From: Promethearchaeia archaeon
GTDB lineage: Archaea; Asgardarchaeota; Lokiarchaeia; Sigyniarchaeales; SOKP01
NCBI GenBank assembly: GCA_046483985.1
Contig: JAWOCD010000011.1
Span: 1 to 64,000, forward strand
DNA length: 64,000 nucleotides
Reading direction: 5' to 3'
Both the position numbers and the translations under genes were made by a program. This document shows, in pieces, positions 40,125 to 49,476 of the stretch (its first letter is position 1; each line of letters starts with the position of its first letter). Under the pieces are notes generated by a model. It was not told the origin of the DNA and searched no databases. It worked only from the letters and a program-made list of their open reading frames with translations.

Positions 40125-40601
40125 TTACTCCTCACCTCCAGCTTTAATAAACCCTTCAATATCTTCTGGGCTTCCCTTGGGTTTTTCTGCCCATTTTACT
40201 TTCACTTTCAGTCCCGTTTCTAATTCTTCTGGTTCCATATCTAATAATTCATAGATGATTGAGGTGGAGCATCCATCTATCTGTACCATTCCAATCATTC
40301 GTTTAGAGCTCACGGTTCTTGCCCCTCTTTCATTAACTTTATAGGGGGTCAGAGTATAATTCACCAAGGTTCCTGTGTCTGGAAGGTCTACCCAATTCTC
40401 TTCTAAGGGGATAGTAACATGGCATTTTCCGCAGATTTTTCTCGGGGGGAGAAACACATCATTGCATTCCGGACATTGATTCCCAATCAATTCTTTATTC
40501 TCAAATTCGTCAAACATTTTATCCATGTATTTTCCCACATAAAAGTCGAAATTGGCTCGGACCATTCCACGATTTGTTACGATTACTTTGTCATTTGACA
40601 T
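40125..40601 (-). CDS. DUF35 zinc-ribbon/OB-fold protein (paralog of 34320-34805)
   Basis: RGMVRA.FDF.VG, CPEC..LPPR..CGKC; likely start MSNDK. Confidence 0.9.
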   Translation of the reverse strand: MSNDKVIVTNRGMVRANFDFYVGKYMDKMFDEFENKELIGNQCPECNDVFLPPRKICGKCHVTIPLEENWVDLPDTGTLVNYTLTPYKVNERGARTVSSKRMIGMVQIDGCSTSIIYELLDMEPEELETGLKVKVKWAEKPKGSPEDIEGFIKAGGEE

Positions 40602-40766
40602 TTTTTTTCCTTCTTCTAAATTTGGATTAAATAAATTTTCTAATAAACTATTTGTTTTCAATCAATTTAAAGGTTTTAATTAAAAATTATCATAATCCCA
40701 AATTTGTTAAACTTTAATTATGAAAAATAGAAAATCTGATCACTAAATATAAAAAAAAATTAAAAT

Positions 40767-41138
40767 TTATTGAGATTTTAATGCAGCAGTTATGGCTCTG
40801 GTTAATCGAATAACTTCCATTACTTTTCCTTGTTCGACGGTGATTTCCTCTCTAGAAATCGCGTGGGTGAAATCTCCTTGTCCATTGCAAATCTTAACAA
40901 TGGCTTCCGAATCTCCAGACATAATGATATCGGGGTTTTCTGCCTTTCCTTCATACAGTTCTCCTTTTGTGTCTTCGATCTGAAGATAAAACGGTTTTTG
41001 ATCGTCCAAATTAAATTGAAATACCATGTCCCAGTTGACATCGGTACCGGCTTTATTGGTCACAAAGACTTGACGGGCTTTTCGCGTATCATTCACTTTC
41101 TTGATAATTTCTTCTAAATTCTTTTTTGGCTCGCTCAT
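40767..41138 (-). CDS. SCP2 sterol/lipid-binding domain protein
   Basis: VFQFNL..PFYLQI...G.LYEG...PDIIMSG...G..AI....I.V pattern typical of SCP2. Confidence 0.75.
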   Translation of the reverse strand: MSEPKKNLEEIIKKVNDTRKARQVFVTNKAGTDVNWDMVFQFNLDDQKPFYLQIEDTKGELYEGKAENPDIIMSGDSEAIVKICNGQGDFTHAISREEITVEQGKVMEVIRLTRAITAALKSQ

Positions 41139-41644
41139 TCTTTCTCGCCTCCTTCAAATTCTGGTTTTTGTATCCAATTTTCATATTCTCCTTCGGGAAC
41201 AAAGAAAAAATCCGTAATTTTTCCTTCCCGATCTTCTTCCTTCTTAAAGACTGCGCGAACTATTTCTCCTTTTTTGATTTTGGAAGGGACTAAGTTTTCC
41301 GAAAAGATTCCTTGTAGCATAGCCGTATCTGCCTCATCCAATCGGATAAACGCAATCCCATATGGAACATTTTGGATAAAGTCAGATGTGGTATACCAGA
41401 CGATTGTGCTGACCTCAATAGTTCCCGTATGGGGAAGTTCAATCCACTCGGTATCTTCGTAGCAATCAGAACATGCAATTCTGGGCGGCATCCAGACTTT
41501 CCCGCACTTCTTACACTGAGTTCCCAGCAATTTTTTCTCATTCATCAAGTCTATAAAGAACTTTGATTGACCACCCAGTGTATATTTGTAGGATATCTTG
41601 ATTTGATCTCTTATCTGATGTTCTTGAAAATCTTTCTCACTCAT
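41135..41644 (-). CDS. DUF35 zinc-ribbon/OB-fold protein
   Basis: CKKC..MPPR..CSDC, VPYGIAFIRLD. Confidence 0.9.
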   Translation of the reverse strand: MSEKDFQEHQIRDQIKISYKYTLGGQSKFFIDLMNEKKLLGTQCKKCGKVWMPPRIACSDCYEDTEWIELPHTGTIEVSTIVWYTTSDFIQNVPYGIAFIRLDEADTAMLQGIFSENLVPSKIKKGEIVRAVFKKEEDREGKITDFFFVPEGEYENWIQKPEFEGGEKE

Positions 41645-42894
41645 TCTTTTATCAACCCCTCCTTATTTGCCATTGTAATTACGGCAGCATATGCTGCCCC
41701 CGGTCCACCAATTGAATGAGAAAGTGCACGTCCATGTTTTATGGAAACTTGATGCTTTCCAGCATCTTCTCGTAATTGAAGTGCAGCTTCACCCGTTGAC
41801 ATAATCCCCGTGGCGCCTACGGCATGACCACATCCAATTAATCCACCTGACGGGCAGCAAGGTAATTCACCGTCAATCCATGGTCCCTCTCCGGTATTAG
41901 GTCCGGATTCAATCCATTTTCCTCCTTGTCCGAAGTCAACAAATCCGAGTTCCTCATAACTGATTACCTCTTGGCCGGAAAAGGCATCATGTAACTCCGC
42001 CACATCAATTTGATCCTTAATGTTATCATAATCCAATCCCGCCATCTCATAGGCTTTTTTTGCTGCATTAATATTCGAATATAACCTCCCCAAATCCTCT
42101 CTATTTCCAATAAAGCAATCGGTATTGGCAGCTCCAACACCCGTGATCCAAATTGGCTTTTCAATTCCCAACTCCTTTACCTTATCTTCATTGGCTAATA
42201 TTAAGGCGGCAGACGCTTCTGAATAAAGACAACAATCTAACATCTTGAATGGATAACAAATGATCCTTGAATTCATAACATCTTGAACGTTTATGTCCAT
42301 TGGAGATTGCGCTTTGGGATTTAACATTGCATTTTTATGATTTTTTACAGAGACCAGTGCCATTTGTTCTTCAGTCGGATTTCCAAACTCTTCTTTATGT
42401 GCGTTGACCATGGATACATACGAACTTGCCGCCATCATACCTAATGGATATTCATAAGTCATATCAGCACTGTAGGCGATAGCATTAAGAACTTCTGGAG
42501 TGGTTGTCCCTGTCTGTTCGTCATAACAATCATTGCATTTTTCTACTCCTAGACATAAAGATAAGTCGGAAAGACCCGAAGCAACTTCCGCATATGCCAT
42601 TCGTACAGTGTATCCTCCTGTAGCCCCACCGGAGGCAATTCTTGTCCCCGGTTTATCATTCATTCCAATATAGCTATTTGTGAAAATATCTGGCATAAAC
42701 TGTCGTTCAAATAATTCATTATAAATCCCGTAGACAGTCGATTCGAGATTCTTGTGGGTAATATTGGCACCATTCCGGTTTGCATCTTCAAGTGCTAATT
42801 TTGTAGCATCGTAGGCTAATTCAAAATAAGTCTTATCCAAATAGCGAGCTTTAAATGGTGTAATTCCAACCCCTATTATAGCTACTTTCTTCAT
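41641..42894 (-). CDS. Thiolase-fold protein (SCP2-type, Cys-less)
   Basis: VAIIGVG, RIASGGATGG, VAELHDAF, PSGGLIGCGHAVGATG. Confidence 0.85.
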   Translation of the reverse strand: MKKVAIIGVGITPFKARYLDKTYFELAYDATKLALEDANRNGANITHKNLESTVYGIYNELFERQFMPDIFTNSYIGMNDKPGTRIASGGATGGYTVRMAYAEVASGLSDLSLCLGVEKCNDCYDEQTGTTTPEVLNAIAYSADMTYEYPLGMMAASSYVSMVNAHKEEFGNPTEEQMALVSVKNHKNAMLNPKAQSPMDINVQDVMNSRIICYPFKMLDCCLYSEASAALILANEDKVKELGIEKPIWITGVGAANTDCFIGNREDLGRLYSNINAAKKAYEMAGLDYDNIKDQIDVAELHDAFSGQEVISYEELGFVDFGQGGKWIESGPNTGEGPWIDGELPCCPSGGLIGCGHAVGATGIMSTGEAALQLREDAGKHQVSIKHGRALSHSIGGPGAAYAAVITMANKEGLIKE

Positions 42895-43074
42895 TTTTAT
42901 ACTCCTTTTTGTAAAAATTTTTATATTTTTTATTGAATTCTTAATTTATTTTTGATTTCTTTATTAGATAATTAATTTTAAACGAAATACTATTTATAAT
43001 TAAACATTTTTAAGTTAATAAAACAAAATTATCTTAAATTATTTCAAAAAGTAATAAAATATATGTGATTCCTC

Positions 43075-44097
43075 TTGTTAAAAACTAAAATAACAGAAAA
43101 ATTTGGAATTAAGTACCCGATTATGAGTGCTCCAATGGGTCCTTTTTATACAACAGAATTGACTATTGCGACTTCCGAGGCGGGAGGTCTGGGTGTATTA
43201 TCTCATGCAACTCTCATGGGGAAGAATTCTATTGAAGATATGAAGGATCAAATTGATTACGTTGTTGAACATACAGATAAACCCTTCGGAGTAAATATTC
43301 GAACTGCTCGAGTACAAACCGACCATAAAATTCTGTTAAGAAAAATAAGAGAATGGAGAAATAAGAACCCAAAGATTAGGGAACAATTAATCTACGGATT
43401 AACAAGCGCTGGGGGACCCCATTATGCGAGAAAAATATGGGGGGAAAAATCGCCAGGATTAAATCATTATCATGTAGCGCCTGCAATGTGGCTCATTGAT
43501 AAAGTTGTAGAACAAGGGTGTGATGGAATTGTTGCAACCGGAACAGAAGGAGGAGGGCATCAATCTTATGAAAAGATTACAAGCTTGGTGCTTTTACAAG
43601 AAGTTGCCCGAAAATATCCTGATATGCCATTAGTTGCATGTGGCGGTATTGCTTCTCCGGAAGGAATTGCAGCTTCAATTGCCTTAGGTGCCGATGCGGT
43701 TACTATGGGGACCCGATTTATTGCTTCTGAACAAAGTGAATTTCATCCGAAATATAAGAATCTTATCCCCCCCGCGGAAGACCGAGATACCCTCTTAACA
43801 ACCGGAGGATTTGGCCCTATTAGACTTATTAAGAATAAATACGCCTTAGAACATGGAAAAGTCATCTCTAAAGAAGAGAAAATTGCTCAAGAATTATCAT
43901 ATGATATTGATGAATATATCAAAGATTTGAAAAAATATGAGATAGTCTATACCAAAGGCGATGTGGAGAATGGTGCAATCCCCGTAGGACAATCTTGTGG
44001 AATTATTAAGGAAATAAAAGACGTTGATGACATTATTACCACGTTTACTAAAAAAACTGAAGAAATTCTACAAGAAGCGTGTTCTAAAATATCTTAA
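43075..44097 (+). CDS. Nitronate monooxygenase/FabK-like FMN enzyme
   Basis: YPIMSAPMG, SEAGGLG, GTEGGGH, ACGGI, MGTRF, GQSCG; TTG start. Confidence 0.9.
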   Translation: MLKTKITEKFGIKYPIMSAPMGPFYTTELTIATSEAGGLGVLSHATLMGKNSIEDMKDQIDYVVEHTDKPFGVNIRTARVQTDHKILLRKIREWRNKNPKIREQLIYGLTSAGGPHYARKIWGEKSPGLNHYHVAPAMWLIDKVVEQGCDGIVATGTEGGGHQSYEKITSLVLLQEVARKYPDMPLVACGGIASPEGIAASIALGADAVTMGTRFIASEQSEFHPKYKNLIPPAEDRDTLLTTGGFGPIRLIKNKYALEHGKVISKEEKIAQELSYDIDEYIKDLKKYEIVYTKGDVENGAIPVGQSCGIIKEIKDVDDIITTFTKKTEEILQEACSKIS

Positions 44098-44147
44098 TTA
44101 TTTCTTTTTACCCTATTTTTTTTAATATTTTATTTAAACTAAAAACT

Positions 44148-44399
44148 ATGAAATCAGCAACAAAAAGATTAGAACAGAAATTTAAGGAACTTTCTAGTTT
44201 CATCTATAAGGCAATTACAGTTGGAGAATGTGTGGGCTGTGGTACTTGTGTTAAGTTCTGTCCTCTAAAGATACGGGTATTTGATGTACATAAAAAGGCG
44301 AAAACAATAAACACTTATAAAACTTGTCATGGTTGTTCTGTTTGTGTGAAACGTTGCCCTCTAAATGCGATACAACTCATTAACACGAAAAAACTTTAG
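44148..44399 (+). CDS. 2x[4Fe-4S] ferredoxin
   Basis: CVGCGTCVKFCP and CHGCSVCVKRCP. Confidence 0.88.
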   Translation: MKSATKRLEQKFKELSSFIYKAITVGECVGCGTCVKFCPLKIRVFDVHKKAKTINTYKTCHGCSVCVKRCPLNAIQLINTKKL

Positions 44400-44434
44400 G
44401 AGAAATATTAAGAGTTCATAACTTTTCCTTGATG

Positions 44435-45598
44435 TTAGGGTATCCAATTCTGTTTTTTATACCAAATTACATTTTTAATGATTCCTTCCCGAAATTTAGG
44501 GTATTTATATTTGAATCCAAGTTTCTGAAGCTTTTTAGTGTCCCAGATGTAGTTTGATTGGAAATAGGTAAACCATTCCTTAGAAATATTGACCGGGATT
44601 TTGGTGAATTCATAGTCCATGTATAATCCATATAACTTAAATAGGAATGAAAGAATCATCGCAACCAACTTTGAAATATATTTATTAAAAATCTTGTCGA
44701 AGCGCTGGATTAAAAACTTAGATAAAGGTATGACCCCCCAATTGAAGGACATTTTCTCAGAAGCCATCATTAAATTAAAAAAATCGATGCTATTGATCGG
44801 ATCCAAATCGGCAATATTGTATGCTTCTCCAATAGCTTCGTCTTTTTCTAATATCAGCGCACATGCCCTGATAATATCTTCCACGTGAACAAAATGTAAG
44901 TATGTAGCTCCTCGGCATGGAATGGCTAAAAGGGAAAGGAGAAGATACTTTAAAAATCCAGAAAAGAGGTTTCTGCAGATGGATGCAATTTGGAAAAAAA
45001 TTGCCAATCCATATCGGTTTTTGGGTCCATAGATAAGCGTTGGTCTGAAAACTGTGACCGGAAGCCCCTTTTTATAATATTTCCAAGCAAAATTTTCGCC
45101 CATAAATTTTGTAATTCCGTATGGACTATTTGGCTTTTGAGGTTCACTTTCTTTATAAGGTTTTAAATCTGTGTAAGGATTCGACCCTCTGTTTTCATAC
45201 GGCGTTCCGTAGATTGAAACGGTGGAAATATGAATGATATGTCTCCAATTATTTACTTGATAGGCTGCAGCCATTACATTCTTTGTTAATGCAACATTGA
45301 TAAGAAATAGCTTTTCGGGAGAAGCACTAAATTTAAACAATCCAGCAAGATGTATCATATATGCTTCGTCACATTCTTGGATAAGACGTTTAAATAAGGG
45401 GACTAAATTATCATGTAATAAGTCTATTTTAATGGTTTCTATTTTTTCACCTTTAGCTGCAATATTTTTCAACTCAGTATCATTTATATCAATCGCAACG
45501 ATATGGTACTCTCGATTTATAAAATTATCTACTATATTCTTACCTAAGAAACCTCCCGCTCCCGTTATTATTACAGATTTATTATATTTACTACTCAT
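44435..45598 (-). CDS. Extended SDR (NAD-dependent epimerase / 3-beta-HSD-like)
   Basis: ITGAGGFLG, HLAG, ISTVSIYG, YGITK, RPTLIYGP, VHVEDI. Confidence 0.88.
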   Translation of the reverse strand: MSSKYNKSVIITGAGGFLGKNIVDNFINREYHIVAIDINDTELKNIAAKGEKIETIKIDLLHDNLVPLFKRLIQECDEAYMIHLAGLFKFSASPEKLFLINVALTKNVMAAAYQVNNWRHIIHISTVSIYGTPYENRGSNPYTDLKPYKESEPQKPNSPYGITKFMGENFAWKYYKKGLPVTVFRPTLIYGPKNRYGLAIFFQIASICRNLFSGFLKYLLLSLLAIPCRGATYLHFVHVEDIIRACALILEKDEAIGEAYNIADLDPINSIDFFNLMMASEKMSFNWGVIPLSKFLIQRFDKIFNKYISKLVAMILSFLFKLYGLYMDYEFTKIPVNISKEWFTYFQSNYIWDTKKLQKLGFKYKYPKFREGIIKNVIWYKKQNWIP

Positions 45599-45627
45599 TG
45601 ATTAAAACTTTCTTTTTTGTTTATATT

Positions 45628-47646
45628 CTAGGTGAGTACACTCATATCATAAAAATCTGTCAAACGATCTTCCATAATTAAAAATTCCTTATTTATCTCA
45701 TATAGCCTATCAATTGTATCGGAAAACTCATCATAAACTTTATTGCGCTTGAATTTTAAAGTGGGGGTTAGAAAGCCTTCTTTTTCAGAAAAATATTGAC
45801 AGCTGATTGCAAATCTTTTTGGTCGAGAGAATTCCGCCACATCTTCAGTGAATTCTACAACCTCTTCTTTTATTAACTTTTGAATTTTCTCATTCTTAAC
45901 TAAATCCTTCAATGTTTCATACTCTATTTCATGGTTCTTAGCAAATTTTTTCAACGGTTCTTGATAGGGAACTACAATTGCGGTAAGGTATTTTTTTTCT
46001 TGGCCCGTGAGCACAATCTGAGCTATAATTCTTGAATAAGGAACAATCATCCCTTCCACTAACGCGGGACTTATCATTTTACCGGTAGATAGTTTGATAA
46101 TTGCCTTCTTTCTTCCAATAATCCTAACGTAACCATCCTCATCAATTTCAGCTAAATCCCCTGTATGGAGCCATCCCTCATCATCAAGCGCAGCTTGAGT
46201 CAGCTTCGGCTTTTTCCAATAACCTTTCATTATATTAGGGCCTTTAAGCAATAATTCTCCCTCCTCGGTGAGCTTTTGCTGCATATTTTCATATGGATTA
46301 AGATACTCTGGAATTTCCATAAGAGGTCCCACAGTCCCTATTTTTTCATAAACCTCAACTTTTTTATCGAAGTTCGGTCGAAAATCCGAATTATCTTTTG
46401 TTCGCGAATAATGAGTTGCTGGAGCCGCCTCAGTCAATCCATATCCCTCTGCAATATTAAAGCCACACGACCAGAAAAATAAGATCAGTTCCTCAGAAAT
46501 TGAAGCGGAAGCCGTAGCAAGCAATTGCAACTTGCCTCCCATTTCTTTCTGAATCCTTTTTAGAATTAGATGTTGATAAAACCAATATTTTATTCTTAAC
46601 CATAAGGGATTCTTTTTACCCTCTATTTTATTTTTATAATATTGTTTCCCCGTGGACACAGCACTATTGAAAATGCTTTGAACCATAGGACTCATCTTTT
46701 CTACGGTGTTAATAATTCGTTCATAAATCTTTTGATAGAGATATGGAACACCCACCATGATAGTTGGCTTAAAAACTTGAAATGCCTTTTGAATTTGTTC
46801 TTGTGTCTTGCCTCCCACATAATTAATGGTTGAAGAATTAAAAATTAGTCCATATTCTTCCACAGTTCTTCCATAAGAATGAGCGTAAGGCATATAGGTA
46901 ATGGATCCTTCTCCCCAGGGTTTTTTCCCTTTTTCCAAGGTTAGGGCGATGGCAGATACAACGAGAGTATCAGATAAAAAGTTTTTATGAGTAAGCATAA
47001 CTCCTTTCGGTATACCGGTTGTTCCCGAGGTATAAATTAGACTGGCTAAGTCATCCTCATAGATATTTGCGATTGAACCGTTAAACAGATCGGGATGGTT
47101 CTTTTCATAATCCTTTCCTTTTTGCATAAATTCTTCCCATAAAATTACATTGGACTTGTTCAATTCATCATTGATTTCTTCAAATACAATGATGTTTTCT
47201 ACTTTTGGTACTTTTTCTTGAATGGCGTAAAACTTTTTCAAATTCTCTTGGGTATCAATGATTAATGCAATTGATTCTGAATCCTTGATGATATATAAGA
47301 TTTCTTTCGGTTTTAATTGGGGATAAATTGCAATAGTTATTCCACCTAAGCATTGAATTCCTAAATCCGCCCAAGCCCAATATTGAGAGGTTTCAGCACA
47401 GATTGAAATATGGTCTCCTTTTTTTAAGCCCAGAGATCGGAGCCCATAAAATACTGTTTTGATAATCCCGTAAAGATCCTTATATTTTATAGATTCCACT
47501 GTTTCTCCATCTTCCTTGAACCATCTCATTACAATTTCTTCTGGAGTATGATCGATGGTTTCGAGCACCATCTCTGCAATATTATTATATCTTTTAAGTC
47601 TGAGATACGGCGACCATTTGGTTTCGGTATAATAATCTTCCGACAT
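45628..47646 (-). CDS. Long-chain fatty acid-CoA ligase (FadD15/ACSL type)
   Basis: YTSGTTGIPKG, EGYGLTE, WLHTGD, IIKLSTGK, LTPTLKFKR. Confidence 0.92.
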   Translation of the reverse strand: MSEDYYTETKWSPYLRLKRYNNIAEMVLETIDHTPEEIVMRWFKEDGETVESIKYKDLYGIIKTVFYGLRSLGLKKGDHISICAETSQYWAWADLGIQCLGGITIAIYPQLKPKEILYIIKDSESIALIIDTQENLKKFYAIQEKVPKVENIIVFEEINDELNKSNVILWEEFMQKGKDYEKNHPDLFNGSIANIYEDDLASLIYTSGTTGIPKGVMLTHKNFLSDTLVVSAIALTLEKGKKPWGEGSITYMPYAHSYGRTVEEYGLIFNSSTINYVGGKTQEQIQKAFQVFKPTIMVGVPYLYQKIYERIINTVEKMSPMVQSIFNSAVSTGKQYYKNKIEGKKNPLWLRIKYWFYQHLILKRIQKEMGGKLQLLATASASISEELILFFWSCGFNIAEGYGLTEAAPATHYSRTKDNSDFRPNFDKKVEVYEKIGTVGPLMEIPEYLNPYENMQQKLTEEGELLLKGPNIMKGYWKKPKLTQAALDDEGWLHTGDLAEIDEDGYVRIIGRKKAIIKLSTGKMISPALVEGMIVPYSRIIAQIVLTGQEKKYLTAIVVPYQEPLKKFAKNHEIEYETLKDLVKNEKIQKLIKEEVVEFTEDVAEFSRPKRFAISCQYFSEKEGFLTPTLKFKRNKVYDEFSDTIDRLYEINKEFLIMEDRLTDFYDMSVLT

Positions 47647-47983
47647 TTTTAATTTCACGATTTTGTCGATTTAGGACTAATGAATATTAAGATCTTAACT
47701 TTTTTACTAGATTTATTATTAGGATCCACTAGTATTTATAAGTTTAGTTATCATTTTTCCTCATTTTATGCGAGATTCATCATCTATTAATATGGATTAT
47801 GGGTCCTCTTCATTTTCAAAAGCTTTTTTCATATATTTTCCAAAATTTCATCAGTACAAAAAATCTTTTTTTTTAAAAAGAAAACTTCTGATCCAGTTAA
47901 TATTTCATAGAGGAAACCTCTGGCGAATAATTATCTATAATCATAATCTTATTTTAGGCAAATCAATATATTTCTAATATATC

Positions 47984-48406
47984 ATGAAAGGAAAACAGAA
48001 AAAAAAGAATGAAAAAGAAAAAGAAACCAAAGAATATTGGAAAGAGAAGTTAACAGAAGATCAATACAGAGTCCTTCGGAAAAAGGGAACTGAACCTCCA
48101 TTTACGGGTAAATATTGGGATAATCATAAAAATGGTATTTATAAATGTGCCGCATGTGGGGAACCCCTATTCGAGTCTAAAACAAAATTTAAATCTGGTT
48201 CGGGATGGCCTAGTTTCTATAAACCAATTAAAGATGAAAATATAGATGAAAAATCCGATACAAGTCTGGGAATGAGACGGACGGAAGTTCTATGCAGTAA
48301 CTGCAAAGGGCATTTAGGACATATATTCAAAGACGGACCAAAACCAACAGGATTACGATATTGCGTTAATTCAATTTCCCTTGATTTTGAAGCCAATGGA
48401 GATTGA
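47984..48406 (+). CDS. msrB: Peptide methionine-(R)-sulfoxide reductase
   Basis: [41 protein letters not shown] (Cys form). Confidence 0.96.
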   Translation: MKGKQKKKNEKEKETKEYWKEKLTEDQYRVLRKKGTEPPFTGKYWDNHKNGIYKCAACGEPLFESKTKFKSGSGWPSFYKPIKDENIDEKSDTSLGMRRTEVLCSNCKGHLGHIFKDGPKPTGLRYCVNSISLDFEANGD

Positions 48407-48439
48407 AATCGCTATAATTTAAGAATATTGTTATTTGAT

Positions 48440-48580
48440 ATCCATTATTCACATACTTTCCTTAACAAACCTCGACTGATTTCACTAGAAAGTCCAAAAC
48501 CTTCATAATATTCATCAACTACCACAATTTCCCCCTGTTTTCTCAACAGACTTTTTTATGGCATCCATCTCTAATTCAGA
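48440..48580 (-). pseudogene. Frameshifted remnant of a 2-oxoacid dehydrogenase E1-beta / transketolase C-terminal domain
   Basis: The minus strand reads ELEMDAIKKSVEKTG, then a frameshift in a G5 run, then EIVVVDEYYEGFGLSSEI. This resembles the SV.KTG.LVVVDE....G...EI motif. Confidence 0.6.
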
Positions 48581-48656
48581 ATCAATAAATACTAATCAGA
48601 AGGTTTTAATAAAATTAATTTTATCTTATTAATAATATATAAAAATTGAATTTGAG

Positions 48657-49022
48657 GTGACATCAATTAAGGAAATCAAGTTTAATATCAGCATCCCCTT
48701 GAGCGGGTTGCGAAAAGGGAACGAATTTACTGTACACGTAAAGGATGATGCAAGCTTTCTGGAAGCTTTAGCTATTGTTGATAAGCAAGATAAAGCACAT
48801 CCAGAAGACTCCATTTTCCCGATCTACGAGGATTACATCTACAGTTACTTGCAACTCTTTTGGGATCCGAGGGATAACGTCTTGTACGAAGATTGCGGTA
48901 TTTCGGCATATGCTCCCAATGAGGAAGGATTATTGAGGGAATTTCAACCTGTTGCAGAGAATCCCGATTATGTCATTGCCGACGGTACTTATGTATATTT
49001 GGAACCAGACGCAGGATGTTGA
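48657..49022 (+). CDS. MoaD/ThiS/ubiquitin-like beta-grasp protein ending in -AGC (possible Sec readthrough)
   Basis: Strand-strand-helix start (EIKFNISI, EFTVHV, SFLEAL). The C-terminus VIADGTYVYLEPDAGC parallels MoaD-type L.DGD.V...P...GG. It is followed by TGA TGA. Confidence 0.65.
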   Translation: MTSIKEIKFNISIPLSGLRKGNEFTVHVKDDASFLEALAIVDKQDKAHPEDSIFPIYEDYIYSYLQLFWDPRDNVLYEDCGISAYAPNEEGLLREFQPVAENPDYVIADGTYVYLEPDAGC

Positions 49023-49120
49023 TGAAATAAGGTGAAAACACGCGTGGACAAGGGCACCTTAAAACAATATATAAGAGATAAGTTTGATAAGGAACATGAA
49101 TACTTTTCTCATTATTTTCA

Positions 49121-49190
49121 AGGGTCATGAAGGGATGAGATCTTTCAATAAATGGTTGTGAAAGATTGACCGCGGGACAGCCTCCCGTAA
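49121..49190 (+). promoter_or_regulatory. Candidate eukaryote-type SECIS hairpin
   Basis: AUGA (49135-38), 11 nt, AAA (49150-52), then GA (49168-69); helix gatctttca/tgaaagatt. Confidence 0.4.
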
Positions 49191-49476
49191 TTAAATATCT
49201 CACTAAAGATTAGAAATACAACAAGAATTTTAAGAGCTATATAGTCTCTTGCTATAATAATTTTTAATCATATATATCCAGATATCCCGCTTCTTTTCAG
49301 AATTGAGGGTAGATATGATTAAAGTTGCTATAAATTAGAAAAACTGGAATTATAAAGTGTAAAAAAACTTATGCAAAAAAATATAGAAATTTGATCTCTC
49401 ACAATTTCGTAATACAAGAACAAAAAACCCAAAATTCACATCGATTTAAATACTTTTGTTGGTTCTTTCTATTTAG

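Noticed and set aside
33185-41644. Near-terminal Gly-Gly in several thiolase/DUF35 proteins (LEGGAA, PLGGE, LEGGAN, AGGEE, EGGEKE) suggesting ubiquitin-like tails
   Set aside because: They coincide with GGAGG(TG) Shine-Dalgarno sequences for the next gene, so they are explained by translational coupling.
47984-48406. MsrB as the selenoprotein served by the SECIS-like hairpin
   Set aside because: The catalytic position is a TGC Cys (RYCVNS) and there is no in-frame UGA.
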